From Longimicrobiales bacterium (GTDB taxonomy: Bacteria > Gemmatimonadota > Gemmatimonadetes > Longimicrobiales > Gaopeijiaceae): a stretch of 64,000 nt of DNA. Position 1 is the first letter of the stretch; every line of letters starts with the position of its first letter. The stretch spans positions 1,248,001 through 1,312,000 of the forward strand of contig CAXXKM010000001.1 of assembly GCA_963664435.2 (NCBI GenBank). Reading direction: 5' to 3'. Below, in pieces: positions 45,619-59,416 of the stretch. Under the pieces are notes generated by a model. That model was not told the origin of the DNA. It saw only the letters and a list, made by a program, of their open reading frames with translations, and ran no database searches. A program made the translations under genes and the position numbers.

Positions 45619-47709
45619 ATGGCGGAAGGGAAGGAGTACCTGACGGAGGATATTCGCAACGTGGCCATACTCGGCCACGGCGGCTCCGGCAAGACCATGC
45701 TGGTGGACGCCCTTGCATTCGTGGGAGGGACGGCCCGGCGCAAGGGCAATGTGGCGGAGGGACACGCCCTCACGATGACCGCGCCCGAGGAGATTCAGCA
45801 GGGGATCTCGATGCAGCTCACGCCCGCCTTCAGCGAGTGGAAGGGGACGAAGATCAACCTGATCGATACGCCCGGATACCTGGACTTCACGGGGGAGGCC
45901 CTGGCTGCGGTGCGGGTGGCGGACGCGGCCGTCATCGTGGTGAGCGCGACCTCGGGCGTCGAGGTCGGGGCCGAACGGGTGTGGCGCTACTGCGAGGAGC
46001 GCGGCATCCCGCGCATGTTCTTCGTCTCGATGATGGACAAGGAGCACGCCGACTTCCGCAAGGTATTCGAGAACATCAAGGAGATCCTGGCCGACAGCGC
46101 ATTGCCGGTCGAGATACCGGTGGGAGAGGGACCCGGCTTCCGCGGGATCATCAACCTGTTCAGCGGACGCACCCACATGTATCGGGAAGGCTCCGCCACC
46201 GGCGAATACGACGAAGCCGAGGTCCCTTCCGACCTGGAGGACATCTTCGAGGAGTGGACCACGGAACTGCAGGAAACCCTGGCGACCACCGACGAGGAAC
46301 TCCTGGACCGCTACCTGGAGGGCGAGGAGATTACGCGCGAGGAAGCCCTCGAGGCCATGGCCATCGCGATGGGGCGGGGCGAAGTGGTGCCCGTCTTCTG
46401 CGGCTCCTCGACGCGCGTCTACGGGATCCGGGCGCTGCTGCGCAAGATGGTCGAGCTCTTTCCCGATCCCTCCGAGTCGGGCAGCCACTCCGCCTCCCGT
46501 CCGGGCCTGGACCAGGACACGGAGCTCCAGGCGTCCGACAACGGATCGTTCGCGGCGCTGGTCTTCAAGACCGCAACCGAACCGCACGTGGGCGAGCTGT
46601 CGTATTTCCGCGTGTTCAGCGGCGTCGCCGTCAACGGGATGGAGGCGCACAACGCCGACCGCAGCTCGAGCGAGAAGCTGAACCACGTGTCCATACCCCT
46701 GGGGCGGGAACGCCTGGAGGTGCCCCGCCTGCACGCAGGCGACATTGGCGTGGTGGCCAAGCTCAAGAACACGAGCACCAACGACACCCTGTCCTCCTCC
46801 GCCCGGCCCCTCGTCCTCCGGAAGATCGACTTCCCGGAGCCGGACGTGTCGGTGGCGATGAGGGGCGCGACCCGCGCGGATGACGACAAGATCGGCGAAG
46901 CCCTGCAGAAGCTGCACGACGAGGATCCGACCTTCCACGCCGCGTACAATCCGGAGCTGGGACAGACGATAGCGCGGGGACTCGGGGAGCTGCACCTAGA
47001 CGTCCAGATGCAGCGCATGAAGCGCAAGTACAACGTCAGCGTGGAGACGGAGCAGCCCAAAATCGCCTACCGGGAGACCATCACGCGCACCGCCGAGGGA
47101 CGCGGACGCTTCAAGAAGCAGACAGGCGGCCGCGGACAGTTCGGTGACTGCTGGGTGCGCCTGGCGCCCCGGCCGCGCGGCGAGGGCTACGAGTTCGTGG
47201 ACAGCATCAAGGGGGGCGTCATCCCCGGGAAATACGTCCCGTCGGTGAACAAGGGCATCCAGGAGGCGGCCGGAAAAGGGGTCCTGGCCGGGTTTGCCCT
47301 GGTGGATTTCGCCGCCGAGTGCTACGACGGCTCCTACCACTCGGTGGACTCCTCCGACATCGCGTTCAAGGTGGCCGGGTCGATGGCCTTCCGCGAAGTC
47401 GCGGGCAGGGCGGGGCCGGTGCTGCTGGAACCGATCATCGAGGTCGAGGTGTCGACTCCGGACGAGTACATGGGCGACATCATGGGCGACATCACGCAGC
47501 GTCGCGGCAAGGTCCAGGGCATGGTGCCCGGCAACGGAAGCACGACCGTGCAGGCGCTCGTTCCTGAAGCCGAACTCTACAAGTACGCCACCGCTCTGCG
47601 GTCCATGACCCAGGGACGCGCCCACCACACACGGACCCTCGCCGGGTACGAGCCGATGCCGGCACACGAGGCGCAGCAGGTGATCGAGGCGCTCAAGGCG
47701 GAGGAGTAG
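45619..47709 (+). CDS. fusA: Elongation factor G paralog (EF-G2 type)
   Basis: GHGGSGKT, DTPGY, GLGELHL, AYRETI, KQTGGRGQFG, YHSVDSS, LLEPI, LRSMTQGR; not in an rpsL-rpsG operon. Confidence 0.92.
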   Translation: MAEGKEYLTEDIRNVAILGHGGSGKTMLVDALAFVGGTARRKGNVAEGHALTMTAPEEIQQGISMQLTPAFSEWKGTKINLIDTPGYLDFTGEALAAVRVADAAVIVVSATSGVEVGAERVWRYCEERGIPRMFFVSMMDKEHADFRKVFENIKEILADSALPVEIPVGEGPGFRGIINLFSGRTHMYREGSATGEYDEAEVPSDLEDIFEEWTTELQETLATTDEELLDRYLEGEEITREEALEAMAIAMGRGEVVPVFCGSSTRVYGIRALLRKMVELFPDPSESGSHSASRPGLDQDTELQASDNGSFAALVFKTATEPHVGELSYFRVFSGVAVNGMEAHNADRSSSEKLNHVSIPLGRERLEVPRLHAGDIGVVAKLKNTSTNDTLSSSARPLVLRKIDFPEPDVSVAMRGATRADDDKIGEALQKLHDEDPTFHAAYNPELGQTIARGLGELHLDVQMQRMKRKYNVSVETEQPKIAYRETITRTAEGRGRFKKQTGGRGQFGDCWVRLAPRPRGEGYEFVDSIKGGVIPGKYVPSVNKGIQEAAGKGVLAGFALVDFAAECYDGSYHSVDSSDIAFKVAGSMAFREVAGRAGPVLLEPIIEVEVSTPDEYMGDIMGDITQRRGKVQGMVPGNGSTTVQALVPEAELYKYATALRSMTQGRAHHTRTLAGYEPMPAHEAQQVIEALKAEE

Positions 47710-47724
47710 AGCAGGAGAAGGCCG

Positions 47725-48474
47725 GTGGCCGGACACAGCAAGTGGGCGCAGATCAAGCGCAAGAAGGCCGTCAACGACGCCCGGCGCGGCCAGATGTTCA
47801 CCAAGCTCATCCGCGAGCTGACGGTGGCGGCCCGCGACGGCGGCGGCGATCCCAACTTCAACCCGCGCCTGCGCCTGGCGGTGGACACCGCCAAGGCCGG
47901 GAACATGCCCCAGGAGAACATCGAGCGGGCGATCAAGAAGGGGACCGGTGAACTCGCGGGCATCAACTACGAGGAAGTGGTCTACGAAGGCTATGCCCCC
48001 GGCGGGGTCGCGCTCTACATCGAGACCCTGACCGACAATCCCAAGCGCACCGTGGCGGCGGTGAGGCACCTCCTCACCAAGAACGGAGGCAGCCTGGGGA
48101 CCGCCGGGTCGGTGGCCTGGCAGTTCGACCGCAGGGGGCAGATCTACATCGAGGCGGCCGAGCACTCCGAGGAGGAGGTGCTCGAGGCGGCGCTCGAGGC
48201 GGGGGCGGAGGACGTGGCGCGGGAGGGCGGCGACATCGTCGTCACGACCGAACTGGCCTCCTTCCACCAGGTCCAGGAGGACATGCGCCAGGCCGGAGTC
48301 CGCATCGCGCAGGCGGAGCTCGCGATGATTCCGCAGAACGAAGTGGACGTCGCGGGAAGGACCGCGGAACGGCTGGTCCGCCTGATGGAGGCGCTCGACG
48401 GGTCGGACGACGTTCAGAAGATCTCGTCCAACGGCAACATCGACGAGGAAACCCTGGCCCTGCTGTCGGAATGA
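47725..48474 (+). CDS. yebC: YebC/PmpR family protein
   Basis: MAGHSKWAQIKRKK, YEGYAPGG, DDVQ. Confidence 0.95.
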   Translation: MAGHSKWAQIKRKKAVNDARRGQMFTKLIRELTVAARDGGGDPNFNPRLRLAVDTAKAGNMPQENIERAIKKGTGELAGINYEEVVYEGYAPGGVALYIETLTDNPKRTVAAVRHLLTKNGGSLGTAGSVAWQFDRRGQIYIEAAEHSEEEVLEAALEAGAEDVAREGGDIVVTTELASFHQVQEDMRQAGVRIAQAELAMIPQNEVDVAGRTAERLVRLMEALDGSDDVQKISSNGNIDEETLALLSE

Positions 48475-48499
48475 GGGCCGGGCGGCCGCGCAGCGTCCG

Positions 48500-49000
48500 G
48501 TGACGCCGCCGGAAGGGACGCTGATCGTGCTCGGGGTGGATCCGGGCACGGCGCGCACCGGCTACGGGGTGGTCGCCAGCCGGGAGCGCACGCTCTCGCT
48601 GCTCGAGTGCGGAGTGGTGCGCACCCGGCCCCGGCGCCCGCTTGCCGACCGCATCCGCCACATCTTCGAGGCGATGCAATCGATCATCGAGCGCTTCGAG
48701 CCCTCCGTGCTCTCCGTCGAGAAGGTGTTCCAGGGGAAGAATCCGCAGAGCGCGCTGACCCTGGGCCATGCACGCGGCGCCATCCTGTTGGCGGGCGCGC
48801 TCGCCGGAGTCCAGATTGCCGAGTATTCGCCGACCGCGATCAAGAAGGCGGTGGTCGGTACCGGTCGGGCCACCAAGGAACAGGTGGGGTTCATGGTCAA
48901 GACACATCTGCGGCTGGCTTCCGCGCCTTCGCCCGACGACGCGGCCGATGGAGTGGCGGTCGCGCTCTGCCACTGTCTGATCGGGAGCCTGCCCGGGTGA
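48500..49000 (+). CDS. ruvC: Holliday junction resolvase RuvC
   Basis: [31 protein letters not shown]. Confidence 0.95.
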   Translation: MTPPEGTLIVLGVDPGTARTGYGVVASRERTLSLLECGVVRTRPRRPLADRIRHIFEAMQSIIERFEPSVLSVEKVFQGKNPQSALTLGHARGAILLAGALAGVQIAEYSPTAIKKAVVGTGRATKEQVGFMVKTHLRLASAPSPDDAADGVAVALCHCLIGSLPG

Positions 49001-49592
49001 TCAGCAGGCTGCACGGAGTTCTGATCGAGGCGGACATGGACTCGGTCGAGGTCGAGACCGCGGGCGGCGTCGTATACGAGGTTCACGTGCCGGCCACGGT
49101 GGCGGGGCGCCTGCCGCGTCCGGGTTCGGAGGTGCGCCTGCGCACGGTCCAGGTCGTACGCGACGACTCGGTCACCCTGTACGGTTTTCTCGAGGCCCGA
49201 GAGCGCGACATGTTCCAGCGCCTGCTGGGAACGACCGGCATTGGCGCCAAGCTGGCACGCGAGATGCTCTCGACCTATTCCGCCCGGCGGCTCGCGCAGG
49301 CCCTGGCCAACAAGGAGACGGCCGTGCTGACGCGCGTGAGCGGGGTCGGAAAGAAAACGGCCGAGCTGCTCATCCTCAGGTTGAGCGACAAGGTGCGCGA
49401 CCTGGCGCTGGCGCGGGGAGGCGGGGAGGCGGCGCCTCGCGGCGCGCGGGAGGCGGTCAATGCGCTGATGGCTCTGGGGTATTCCTTCGCGCAGGCGGAC
49501 GAAGCGGTGCGCGGCGTGCCGGACCTCGAGGGGGCGGGAGAGGAGATGAAGACCGAGGAACTGATCCGCAAGGCGCTCGAGCGCATCGGCCG

Positions 49593-49596
<4 letters not shown>
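48997..49596 (+). CDS. ruvA: Holliday junction branch migration protein RuvA
   Basis: [33 protein letters not shown]. Confidence 0.93.
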
Positions 49597-53049
<3,453 letters not shown>

Positions 53050-53094
53050 AACATCAACCCCCGGCCCCGGGCCGGCCCATCGGAGGAACGGATC

Positions 53095-53439
53095 TTGGAA
53101 CTCTGGATCGCGATATCGGCCCAGCCGCTCCGGCTGGCACCCTTGGCGGGGCTGCCCCAGGGAGGGGGAGGCTCGGGCTTCGTCTTCTTCTTTCAGCTGA
53201 TCGCGATCATCGCGATCTTCTACTTCCTGCTGATCCGGCCGCAGCGCAAGGAGCAGAAGCGCCACCGCGAAATGGTGGCGGCGCTCAAGAAGGGAGACGG
53301 GGTGGTGACCGCGGGCGGGATCGTGGGCAAGGTGATTCACGCCCAGGAGCACCACCTCACCATCGTGACGGCCGAGAACACCCGTCTCGTGATCGAGCGG
53401 TCGAAGATCGCTACGCTCACCAACCCACGGGACTCATAG
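53095..53439 (+). CDS. yajC: Preprotein translocase subunit YajC
   Basis: FYFLLIRPQRK, LKKGD.VVTAGGIVG; follows tgt. Confidence 0.93.
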   Translation: MELWIAISAQPLRLAPLAGLPQGGGGSGFVFFFQLIAIIAIFYFLLIRPQRKEQKRHREMVAALKKGDGVVTAGGIVGKVIHAQEHHLTIVTAENTRLVIERSKIATLTNPRDS

Positions 53440-53451
53440 CCGCGCCCCGGC

Positions 53452-53970
53452 ATGGCACTGCGCCGGATCGAGCTGTACGGCAGCGAGGTGTTGCGGCGTC
53501 CGGCGGACCCGGTCGAAAACATCGATGACGAGGTGCGCGCGCTGGTGCGCGACATGTTCGAGACGATGTACGACGCGAAGGGCATCGGGCTGGCCGCGCC
53601 GCAGGTCGGCGTCTCCCGCCGGATCATCGTGCTGGACGTGGAGGAAGAGTCCGGCGAGGCGAACCGCGTGGCGCTGGTGAATCCCCGGCTGGCGAGCTGG
53701 ACGGCGAAGAAGGACAAGCAGGCGGAGGGGTGCCTGAGCATTCCCGGCGTGGAAGGCATCGTGCAGCGGCCGGTGTCGGTTGTGGTGGACGCCAGGGACC
53801 CGGAGGGTCGGGGCGTGCGACTCGAGGCGGAGGGCCTCTTCGCGCGCGCGCTCCAGCACGAGATCGACCACCTGGACGGCGTGCTCTTCGTCGATCGGCT
53901 GAGCCCCCTCAAGCGGCAGCTGCTGCTCAAGAAGTGGAGGAAGCTGCAGGCCGAAACCGCGGAGCCGTGA
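53452..53970 (+). CDS. def: Peptide deformylase
   Basis: GIGLAAPQVG, EGCLSIPG, QHEIDHLDG. Confidence 0.96.
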   Translation: MALRRIELYGSEVLRRPADPVENIDDEVRALVRDMFETMYDAKGIGLAAPQVGVSRRIIVLDVEEESGEANRVALVNPRLASWTAKKDKQAEGCLSIPGVEGIVQRPVSVVVDARDPEGRGVRLEAEGLFARALQHEIDHLDGVLFVDRLSPLKRQLLLKKWRKLQAETAEP

Positions 53971-54914
53971 GGGTTCTCTTCTGGGGAACGGCGAGCTTCG
54001 CCCTCCCCTCACTTCGAGACCTGGCCGAGGCCGGTCACGAGATCGCGGGCGTAGTGACCCAACCCGACCGCCGCGCGGGCCGGGGGCGGCGTCCGCGGCC
54101 CACTCCGGTGAAGGAGGCCGCACGCGCCGCGGGATACCCGGTCTTCACCCCCGAGCGCCCGGGCCGCTCCGCGTTCCTGGCGCGTCTGCGCGGGCTCCGG
54201 CCGGACCTCTCGGTGGTCGCCGCCTACGGCCACTTCCTGAGCCGGGAGGCACTGGATCTTCCCGCCCGCGGATCGATCAACGTGCACGCTTCCCTTCTCC
54301 CCGAACTGAGAGGCGCGGCCCCGGTCCACTGGGCCATCGCGCGTGGCCACCCGGTCACCGGGGTCACGATCATGCGCATGGTCGAAGCCATGGATGCGGG
54401 CCCCATCCTGCACCAGGAGAAGACGGACATCCTCCCGGACGAGACCGCCAGCGAACTCTACGAGCGGCTGGCGCTGGTCGGCGGCCGCGGGATGGTGCGG
54501 GCCCTGGAGGTGATGGGCGAAGGCACCCTCGAGGAGCATCCCCAGGACCATGCGCGGGCGACCTTCGCGCCTCGCCTCGCCCGCCGCGACGCACGGGTGG
54601 AGTGGTCCCGCCCGGCGGAGGAGGTGTCCCGCTGGATACGCGCCATGGACGCGGTGCCCGGAGCGTGGAGCGAGCTGGAGGGCAGCCCCCTCAAGCTCTT
54701 TCGCCCGCGCGTGCCCGGAGGCGATGCGCCGGACGGATGTGAGGGACCGGAGCCCGGCACGGTGATCGCGGCGGACCCCGTGCAGGGGTTCCTCATCGCA
54801 ACCGGGGAAGGCTCGCTGGAGGTGGGAGAGGTGCAGCCCGCCGGCAAGCGGCGCATGCCCGCCCGCGACTGGCTGCGTGGCCGGGCTGCGAGGCCGGGGC
54901 TGCGGTTGCGATGA
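53967..54914 (+). CDS. fmt: Methionyl-tRNA formyltransferase
   Basis: VVTQPDR, AYG, INVHASLLPELRGAAP, MDAGP. Confidence 0.95.
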   Translation: MRVLFWGTASFALPSLRDLAEAGHEIAGVVTQPDRRAGRGRRPRPTPVKEAARAAGYPVFTPERPGRSAFLARLRGLRPDLSVVAAYGHFLSREALDLPARGSINVHASLLPELRGAAPVHWAIARGHPVTGVTIMRMVEAMDAGPILHQEKTDILPDETASELYERLALVGGRGMVRALEVMGEGTLEEHPQDHARATFAPRLARRDARVEWSRPAEEVSRWIRAMDAVPGAWSELEGSPLKLFRPRVPGGDAPDGCEGPEPGTVIAADPVQGFLIATGEGSLEVGEVQPAGKRRMPARDWLRGRAARPGLRLR

Positions 54915-55531
54915 TTCCCCGGCTGCACGTCGTCACCGACGACCGCGTCCTGGCGCGGGCCGACTTCGCTGCGGGGGCCCTCGAGGCGCTGGAGGCGGGG
55001 GGCGGGCGGATCGCACTGCATGTGCGCGGGCCGCGCACCTCCGGCCGCACGCTGTATCGGGCCGCCGCCGGCCTGGTCCGCCCGGCGGCCCGAACCGGCG
55101 CCTGGCTGGTGGTCAACGACCGCGTGGACGTGGCGCTGGCGCTGGGCATCAGCCGGGTTCACCTGGGCGGCCGGTCGATGCCCGCGGGGGTCGCCCGCCG
55201 CCTTCTCGGGCCGGATGCCCGCGTGGGTCGCTCGGTTCATTCGGCCGCCGGGGCCGGTGGGGATCACGGCCGGATCGATTATCTTTTTGCCGGCGCGGTG
55301 TTCGCGACGCCGTCCCATGCGGGGATGGCGCCGGGCGGACTCGGGGTGGTGCGGGCCGTCGCGGCTGCAAGCTCCGCACCCGTGGTCGGCATCGGCGGCA
55401 TTACCGCCGGACGGGCGGCGCAGGTCCTCTCGGCCGGCGCCCGCGGGGTGGCGGTGATCCGCGCCGTTTGGGACGCGCCATCGCCCGGGTATGGCGTGAG
55501 GTGTTTTCTGGACTCGTGGCCCGAGGAGTGA
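54911..55531 (+). CDS. ThiE/TenI family protein (thiamine-phosphate synthase fold, TenI-like)
   Basis: VNDRVDVA, VHLG, GRSVHS, DYLFAG.VFAT.SH, IGGIT, GARGVAV. Confidence 0.85.
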   Translation: MIPRLHVVTDDRVLARADFAAGALEALEAGGGRIALHVRGPRTSGRTLYRAAAGLVRPAARTGAWLVVNDRVDVALALGISRVHLGGRSMPAGVARRLLGPDARVGRSVHSAAGAGGDHGRIDYLFAGAVFATPSHAGMAPGGLGVVRAVAAASSAPVVGIGGITAGRAAQVLSAGARGVAVIRAVWDAPSPGYGVRCFLDSWPEE

Positions 55532-55542
55532 CGACCGCCGGT

Positions 55543-55755
55543 ATGGACGCCAGGGTGACCATCCGCCTGAACGGGAAGGAGCGGGAGGTGGCCGCGGACA
55601 TCACGGTGTCCGGCCTCCTGGACGAGCTGGGGCTGGTGCCCGGGATGGTGGTCGTCGAACGCAACGGGGAGATCCTCGCCCGCGAAAGCTACCCCGACGT
55701 GCGCCTGAGCGAGGGCGACCGGCTGGAGCTGGTGCACTTCGTGGGAGGCGGATAG
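55543..55755 (+). CDS. thiS: Sulfur carrier protein ThiS
   Basis: IRLNG, VVERNGEI, GDRLELVHFVGGG C-terminus. Confidence 0.93.
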   Translation: MDARVTIRLNGKEREVAADITVSGLLDELGLVPGMVVVERNGEILARESYPDVRLSEGDRLELVHFVGGG

Positions 55756-55800
55756 ATGTCAGTAGATACCAGTTACGGCGGCCGAAGCGAAGAGGCGGTG

Positions 55801-56586
55801 ATGTCGACACATGGGAGCGCCGACACCCCGTTCGTGGTCGGGGGCAGGGAGTTCGATTCCCGCCTGATCGTGGGGACCGGCAAGTATCCGGACAACGAAA
55901 CCATGGTGCGGGCGATCCGCGCCAGCGGCACGGACATGGTGACCGTGGCCGTGCGGCGGGTGGACCTCGACCGCACGCGGGAGGAAGGCATCCTCCACCA
56001 TCTCGACCCACGGGAGTTCTTCCTCCTCGCCAATACCGCGGGCTGCTACACGGCCGAGGACGCGATCCGCTACGCAAGGCTGGCGCGCGCAGCAGGCTTC
56101 AACGAGTGGCTGAAGCTCGAGGTGATCGGTGACGAGACGACCTTGCTCCCGGACACCCAGGCGACGCTGGAAGCCGCCCGGGTGCTGGTCGCGGAGGGGT
56201 TCAAGGTGATGGCCTACACCAACGAGGACCTCATCACGGCCCTTCGTCTGGAGGACGCGGGGTGCGTGGCGGTGATGCCCCTGGCCAGCCCCATCGGCAG
56301 CGGGCTCGGGCTGCTCAACCCGTACTACGTGCGCGCGATCAAAGAACGCTGCGACGTCCCCATCGTCGTGGACGCCGGGGTGGGCACCGCCTCCGACGCA
56401 TGCCTCACCATGGAGCAGGGGGTGGACGGGGTGCTCATGAACACCGCGATCGCGGCGGCGCGCGATCCAGTGCGCATGGCGGCCGCGATGAGGGATGCGG
56501 TGGTCGCGGGGCGGATCGCCTACCTGGCGGGCCGCATGCCCACGCGCGAAGTGGCGGTCCCCTCCTCCCCCCCGCTGCCGGGGTAG
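55801..56586 (+). CDS. thiG: Thiazole synthase (alternative start 55756)
   Basis: SRLIVGTGKY, TVAVRR, NTAGC, KLEVIGD, MPLASPIGSG, DAGVG. Confidence 0.95.
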   Translation: MSTHGSADTPFVVGGREFDSRLIVGTGKYPDNETMVRAIRASGTDMVTVAVRRVDLDRTREEGILHHLDPREFFLLANTAGCYTAEDAIRYARLARAAGFNEWLKLEVIGDETTLLPDTQATLEAARVLVAEGFKVMAYTNEDLITALRLEDAGCVAVMPLASPIGSGLGLLNPYYVRAIKERCDVPIVVDAGVGTASDACLTMEQGVDGVLMNTAIAAARDPVRMAAAMRDAVVAGRIAYLAGRMPTREVAVPSSPPLPG

Positions 56587-56602
56587 CACGCGCGGCCGGC
56601 GA

Positions 56603-57913
56603 ATGGGCGCGGGCGGATCGCGCGATGCCAGAAGGGTCGCCTTCCGGGTGCTGCGCGCCTGCACCCGGGGTCAGCGCCTGGACCGCGCCCTCGACACGCG
56701 CGCGCGGGCCCTGGCGCCCCGCGACCGGCACTGGGTGCACGCCCTCGCCTACGGGGTGGCGCGGCTGCGCGGCCGTCTCGACTACATCATCGCCCGGCAC
56801 GCGCGCCGGGGACTCGAGCGCCTCGACCCGGAGGTCCTCGACCTGCTGCGCATGGGCGTGTACCAGCTGCACCACATGGAGGGCGTACCCTCGTATGCGG
56901 CGGTGTCGTCCACGGTGGAGCTGGCACGCGCGACCGGCGCGGGACGGGCGGCGGGGCTGATCAACGCGGTTCTGCGCGCCGCGGCGCGCGCGGGGTCGCC
57001 CGCGGACGCCTTCCCCACCCCCGCGACCGACCTCGAGGGCTACCTCACGCACCGGCACTCCCATCCCCGCTGGCTGGTGCGACGCTGGCTGGCGCGCTGG
57101 GGAAGATCCGACACCGAGGCGCTCGTGCGACATGACAACGGGGTGCCGGGGCTCTTTCTTCGCCCGGTGGGCATCGAAGCCGAACCCGCCCGCGAGCGGC
57201 TGCGGGCCGCCGGCATGACCGCCACCGAGGCCGGACTCGGTTGTGGTTGTCTGCGTCTCGCCGCCGGGACCGACCCGGCGCGCGCGCTCGAGGCCGTTCC
57301 CGGCGTCATCCAGGACCCGGGCGCCGCGCTGGTGGCGCGCTACGCCGCCCCGCCGCCGGGCGCCGTCGTGGCCGATGTGTGCGCCGCGCCGGGGGGCAAG
57401 GCGCTGGCGCTCTCGGAGCAGGCCGGATACGTGGTGGCGGCAGACCTCTCCCTGCCCCGCCTGAAGCTCGTGACCGCGTCCGCCTCGCGTCTCCGGACCC
57501 GCGTGGGCGCGGTCGTCGCGGACGCCGGCTCCGTACCGGTGCGCCGGGCCGACCTCGTCCTGGTGGATGTGCCCTGCAGCGGCACGGGCACCCTGGCTCG
57601 CCGACCCGACGCGAGATGGCGCCTGACCGGGAAGGATCCCGCGAGGCTGGCCCGCGTCCAGTCCCGGCTCGTGGCGGGCGCATCCCGTGCCGTTCCTCCG
57701 GGGGGACTTCTGGTGTACTCCACGTGTACATTGGAGCCAGAAGAAAACGACGAAGTCGTGGAGGGATTCCTGAGCCGGCATCCCGAATTCCGCCTGGAAG
57801 CTCCCGGAGACATGAATCCTCAAATCCTGGACGATCGCGGCCAACTGCGCGTCCTTCCGCAGCGCACGGGTTTCGACGGCGCCTTCGCGGCCCGCATGCG
57901 CAGGGCCCCATGA
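56603..57913 (+). CDS. rsmB: 16S rRNA m5C967 methyltransferase RsmB
   Basis: NusB-like N domain, SHPRWL, IQD, DVCAAPGGK, DVPCSGTG, YSTCT...EN. Confidence 0.93.
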   Translation: MGAGGSRDARRVAFRVLRACTRGQRLDRALDTRARALAPRDRHWVHALAYGVARLRGRLDYIIARHARRGLERLDPEVLDLLRMGVYQLHHMEGVPSYAAVSSTVELARATGAGRAAGLINAVLRAAARAGSPADAFPTPATDLEGYLTHRHSHPRWLVRRWLARWGRSDTEALVRHDNGVPGLFLRPVGIEAEPARERLRAAGMTATEAGLGCGCLRLAAGTDPARALEAVPGVIQDPGAALVARYAAPPPGAVVADVCAAPGGKALALSEQAGYVVAADLSLPRLKLVTASASRLRTRVGAVVADAGSVPVRRADLVLVDVPCSGTGTLARRPDARWRLTGKDPARLARVQSRLVAGASRAVPPGGLLVYSTCTLEPEENDEVVEGFLSRHPEFRLEAPGDMNPQILDDRGQLRVLPQRTGFDGAFAARMRRAP

Positions 57914-58809
57914 GGCTGGGGAGCTCCATCGGTCGGCGCAGGCCGGCCCGCGGGGGACGCCGGAAGGGCCGCTCCAGGGGAAGGAAGAGACGCCGCAGCG
58001 CCCGGGGACGGCGTGCGGCCGGCGCCTTCAAGCGCGCATTGGGCGGCACCGTCCTGCTGGCCGTGATGTTCGGTGTCGGCTACCTGGTCGCCACCCGGGT
58101 CATGTTTCCCGTGCCCGCTCCGCCCCCGGACCTGCTGGGAGTGCCCGATCTGACCGGACTCGACCTGGAGCGCGCTGCAGCCCGCGCGCAGGAGGCGGAG
58201 CTCGCGCTGGGCGCGGTCGACTCGATGTATCACCCATCGGCCTCCACCGGATCCATCCTGGGTCAGAGCCCGCTGCCCGGCCAGCTCGCCCTTCCGGGAG
58301 CGGCCATCGAACTCGCGATCAGCCTGGGCCCTGAACATCGAGCCGTTCCCGACATGATCGGCCAACACGAGCGGAGGGCGCGCGTCCTCCTCGGCGCGAA
58401 CGGCTTCTCGGTCGCCGTGGACTCCATGGAGGCCGAGGCTCCCGCGGGCGAAGTGGTCGCCATGGAGCCGGAGGCGGGAACCGGTGTGAACCTGCCCTTC
58501 GAAGTGCGGCTTGCGATCAGCCTCGGGCCCCCGATGGTGGAGATGCCGCTCCTGCTCGGGCAGAGCGAGGAGGAAGCATCGTACCTGCTCGATTCGCTCG
58601 GGCTCTTCGTCACCGAGATTCAGCTGGACGCGCTCACGGGATCGGGACCGGGCGTCGTGATCGAGCAGGACCCGCCCTCGGCGAGCACGGTGGAGCTGGG
58701 GTCGGAAGTGCGACTGGTGATCGGCGACCGGGCCCGGCTGCCGGGCGAGGTCCCCCGCCCCGATACCGCCGGAGCGCGGGAACAATCGCCATCAGCACGA
58801 AAACGATAA
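57910..58809 (+). CDS. PASTA domain-containing membrane protein
   Basis: Basic N-terminus, one TM helix, three repeats (VPDLTG, VPDMIG, MPLLLG) with QSP/QDP and SLGP motifs. Confidence 0.88.
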   Translation: MRLGSSIGRRRPARGGRRKGRSRGRKRRRSARGRRAAGAFKRALGGTVLLAVMFGVGYLVATRVMFPVPAPPPDLLGVPDLTGLDLERAAARAQEAELALGAVDSMYHPSASTGSILGQSPLPGQLALPGAAIELAISLGPEHRAVPDMIGQHERRARVLLGANGFSVAVDSMEAEAPAGEVVAMEPEAGTGVNLPFEVRLAISLGPPMVEMPLLLGQSEEEASYLLDSLGLFVTEIQLDALTGSGPGVVIEQDPPSASTVELGSEVRLVIGDRARLPGEVPRPDTAGAREQSPSARKR

Positions 58810-58858
58810 GAGTGATAACGTTACAGGTTCGATCCGCTGGCTCCTGGAGGCCGCCGAC

Positions 58859-59416
58859 ATGACCCACAGACCTTCGCGCATCCCGTATCTCGTGGCAGTC
58901 CTGGGGGCGGGCGCGCTCATCCTCATGGCCTGGGCGGGACGGGGACGATTTCAGCCCGTCGGGCTGGGAGCCGACGCCCCGGCGTTCACCATCTCCAACC
59001 TTCAGGGCGAACCGGTTTCCCTCGACGACTACCGCGACCGGGTGGTGCTGGTAAACATCTGGGCTACCTGGTGCGGCCCGTGCATCGTGGAGATGCCCTC
59101 GATGCAGCGCCTTTACGAACAGCTTGAGGAGCAGCCGTTCGATATCCTTGCGGTCAGCGTGGACGCGGCTCGGGGCGAACCCGACGAGGCGGGCAATATC
59201 GGCGGCGACGTGGCGCGCTTCGTCCAGGAGCACGGGCTCACGTTCAAGATCCTGCACGACGCCTCCGGGCGGATCAGGCAGACCTACCGAACCACAGGGG
59301 TCCCCGAATCCTTCCTGATCGGCAGGGACGGGGTCATCTACAAGAAGATCGCCGGAGCTACGGAGTGGGATTCCCCGGAAAACCTGGAACTGATCCAGAG
59401 GCTGCTGGCAAGCTGA
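58859..59416 (+). CDS. TlpA/ResA family thiol-disulfide oxidoreductase
   Basis: LVNIWATWCGPCIVEMP, GVPESFLI; N-terminal membrane anchor; RBS GGAGG. Confidence 0.92.
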   Translation: MTHRPSRIPYLVAVLGAGALILMAWAGRGRFQPVGLGADAPAFTISNLQGEPVSLDDYRDRVVLVNIWATWCGPCIVEMPSMQRLYEQLEEQPFDILAVSVDAARGEPDEAGNIGGDVARFVQEHGLTFKILHDASGRIRQTYRTTGVPESFLIGRDGVIYKKIAGATEWDSPENLELIQRLLAS

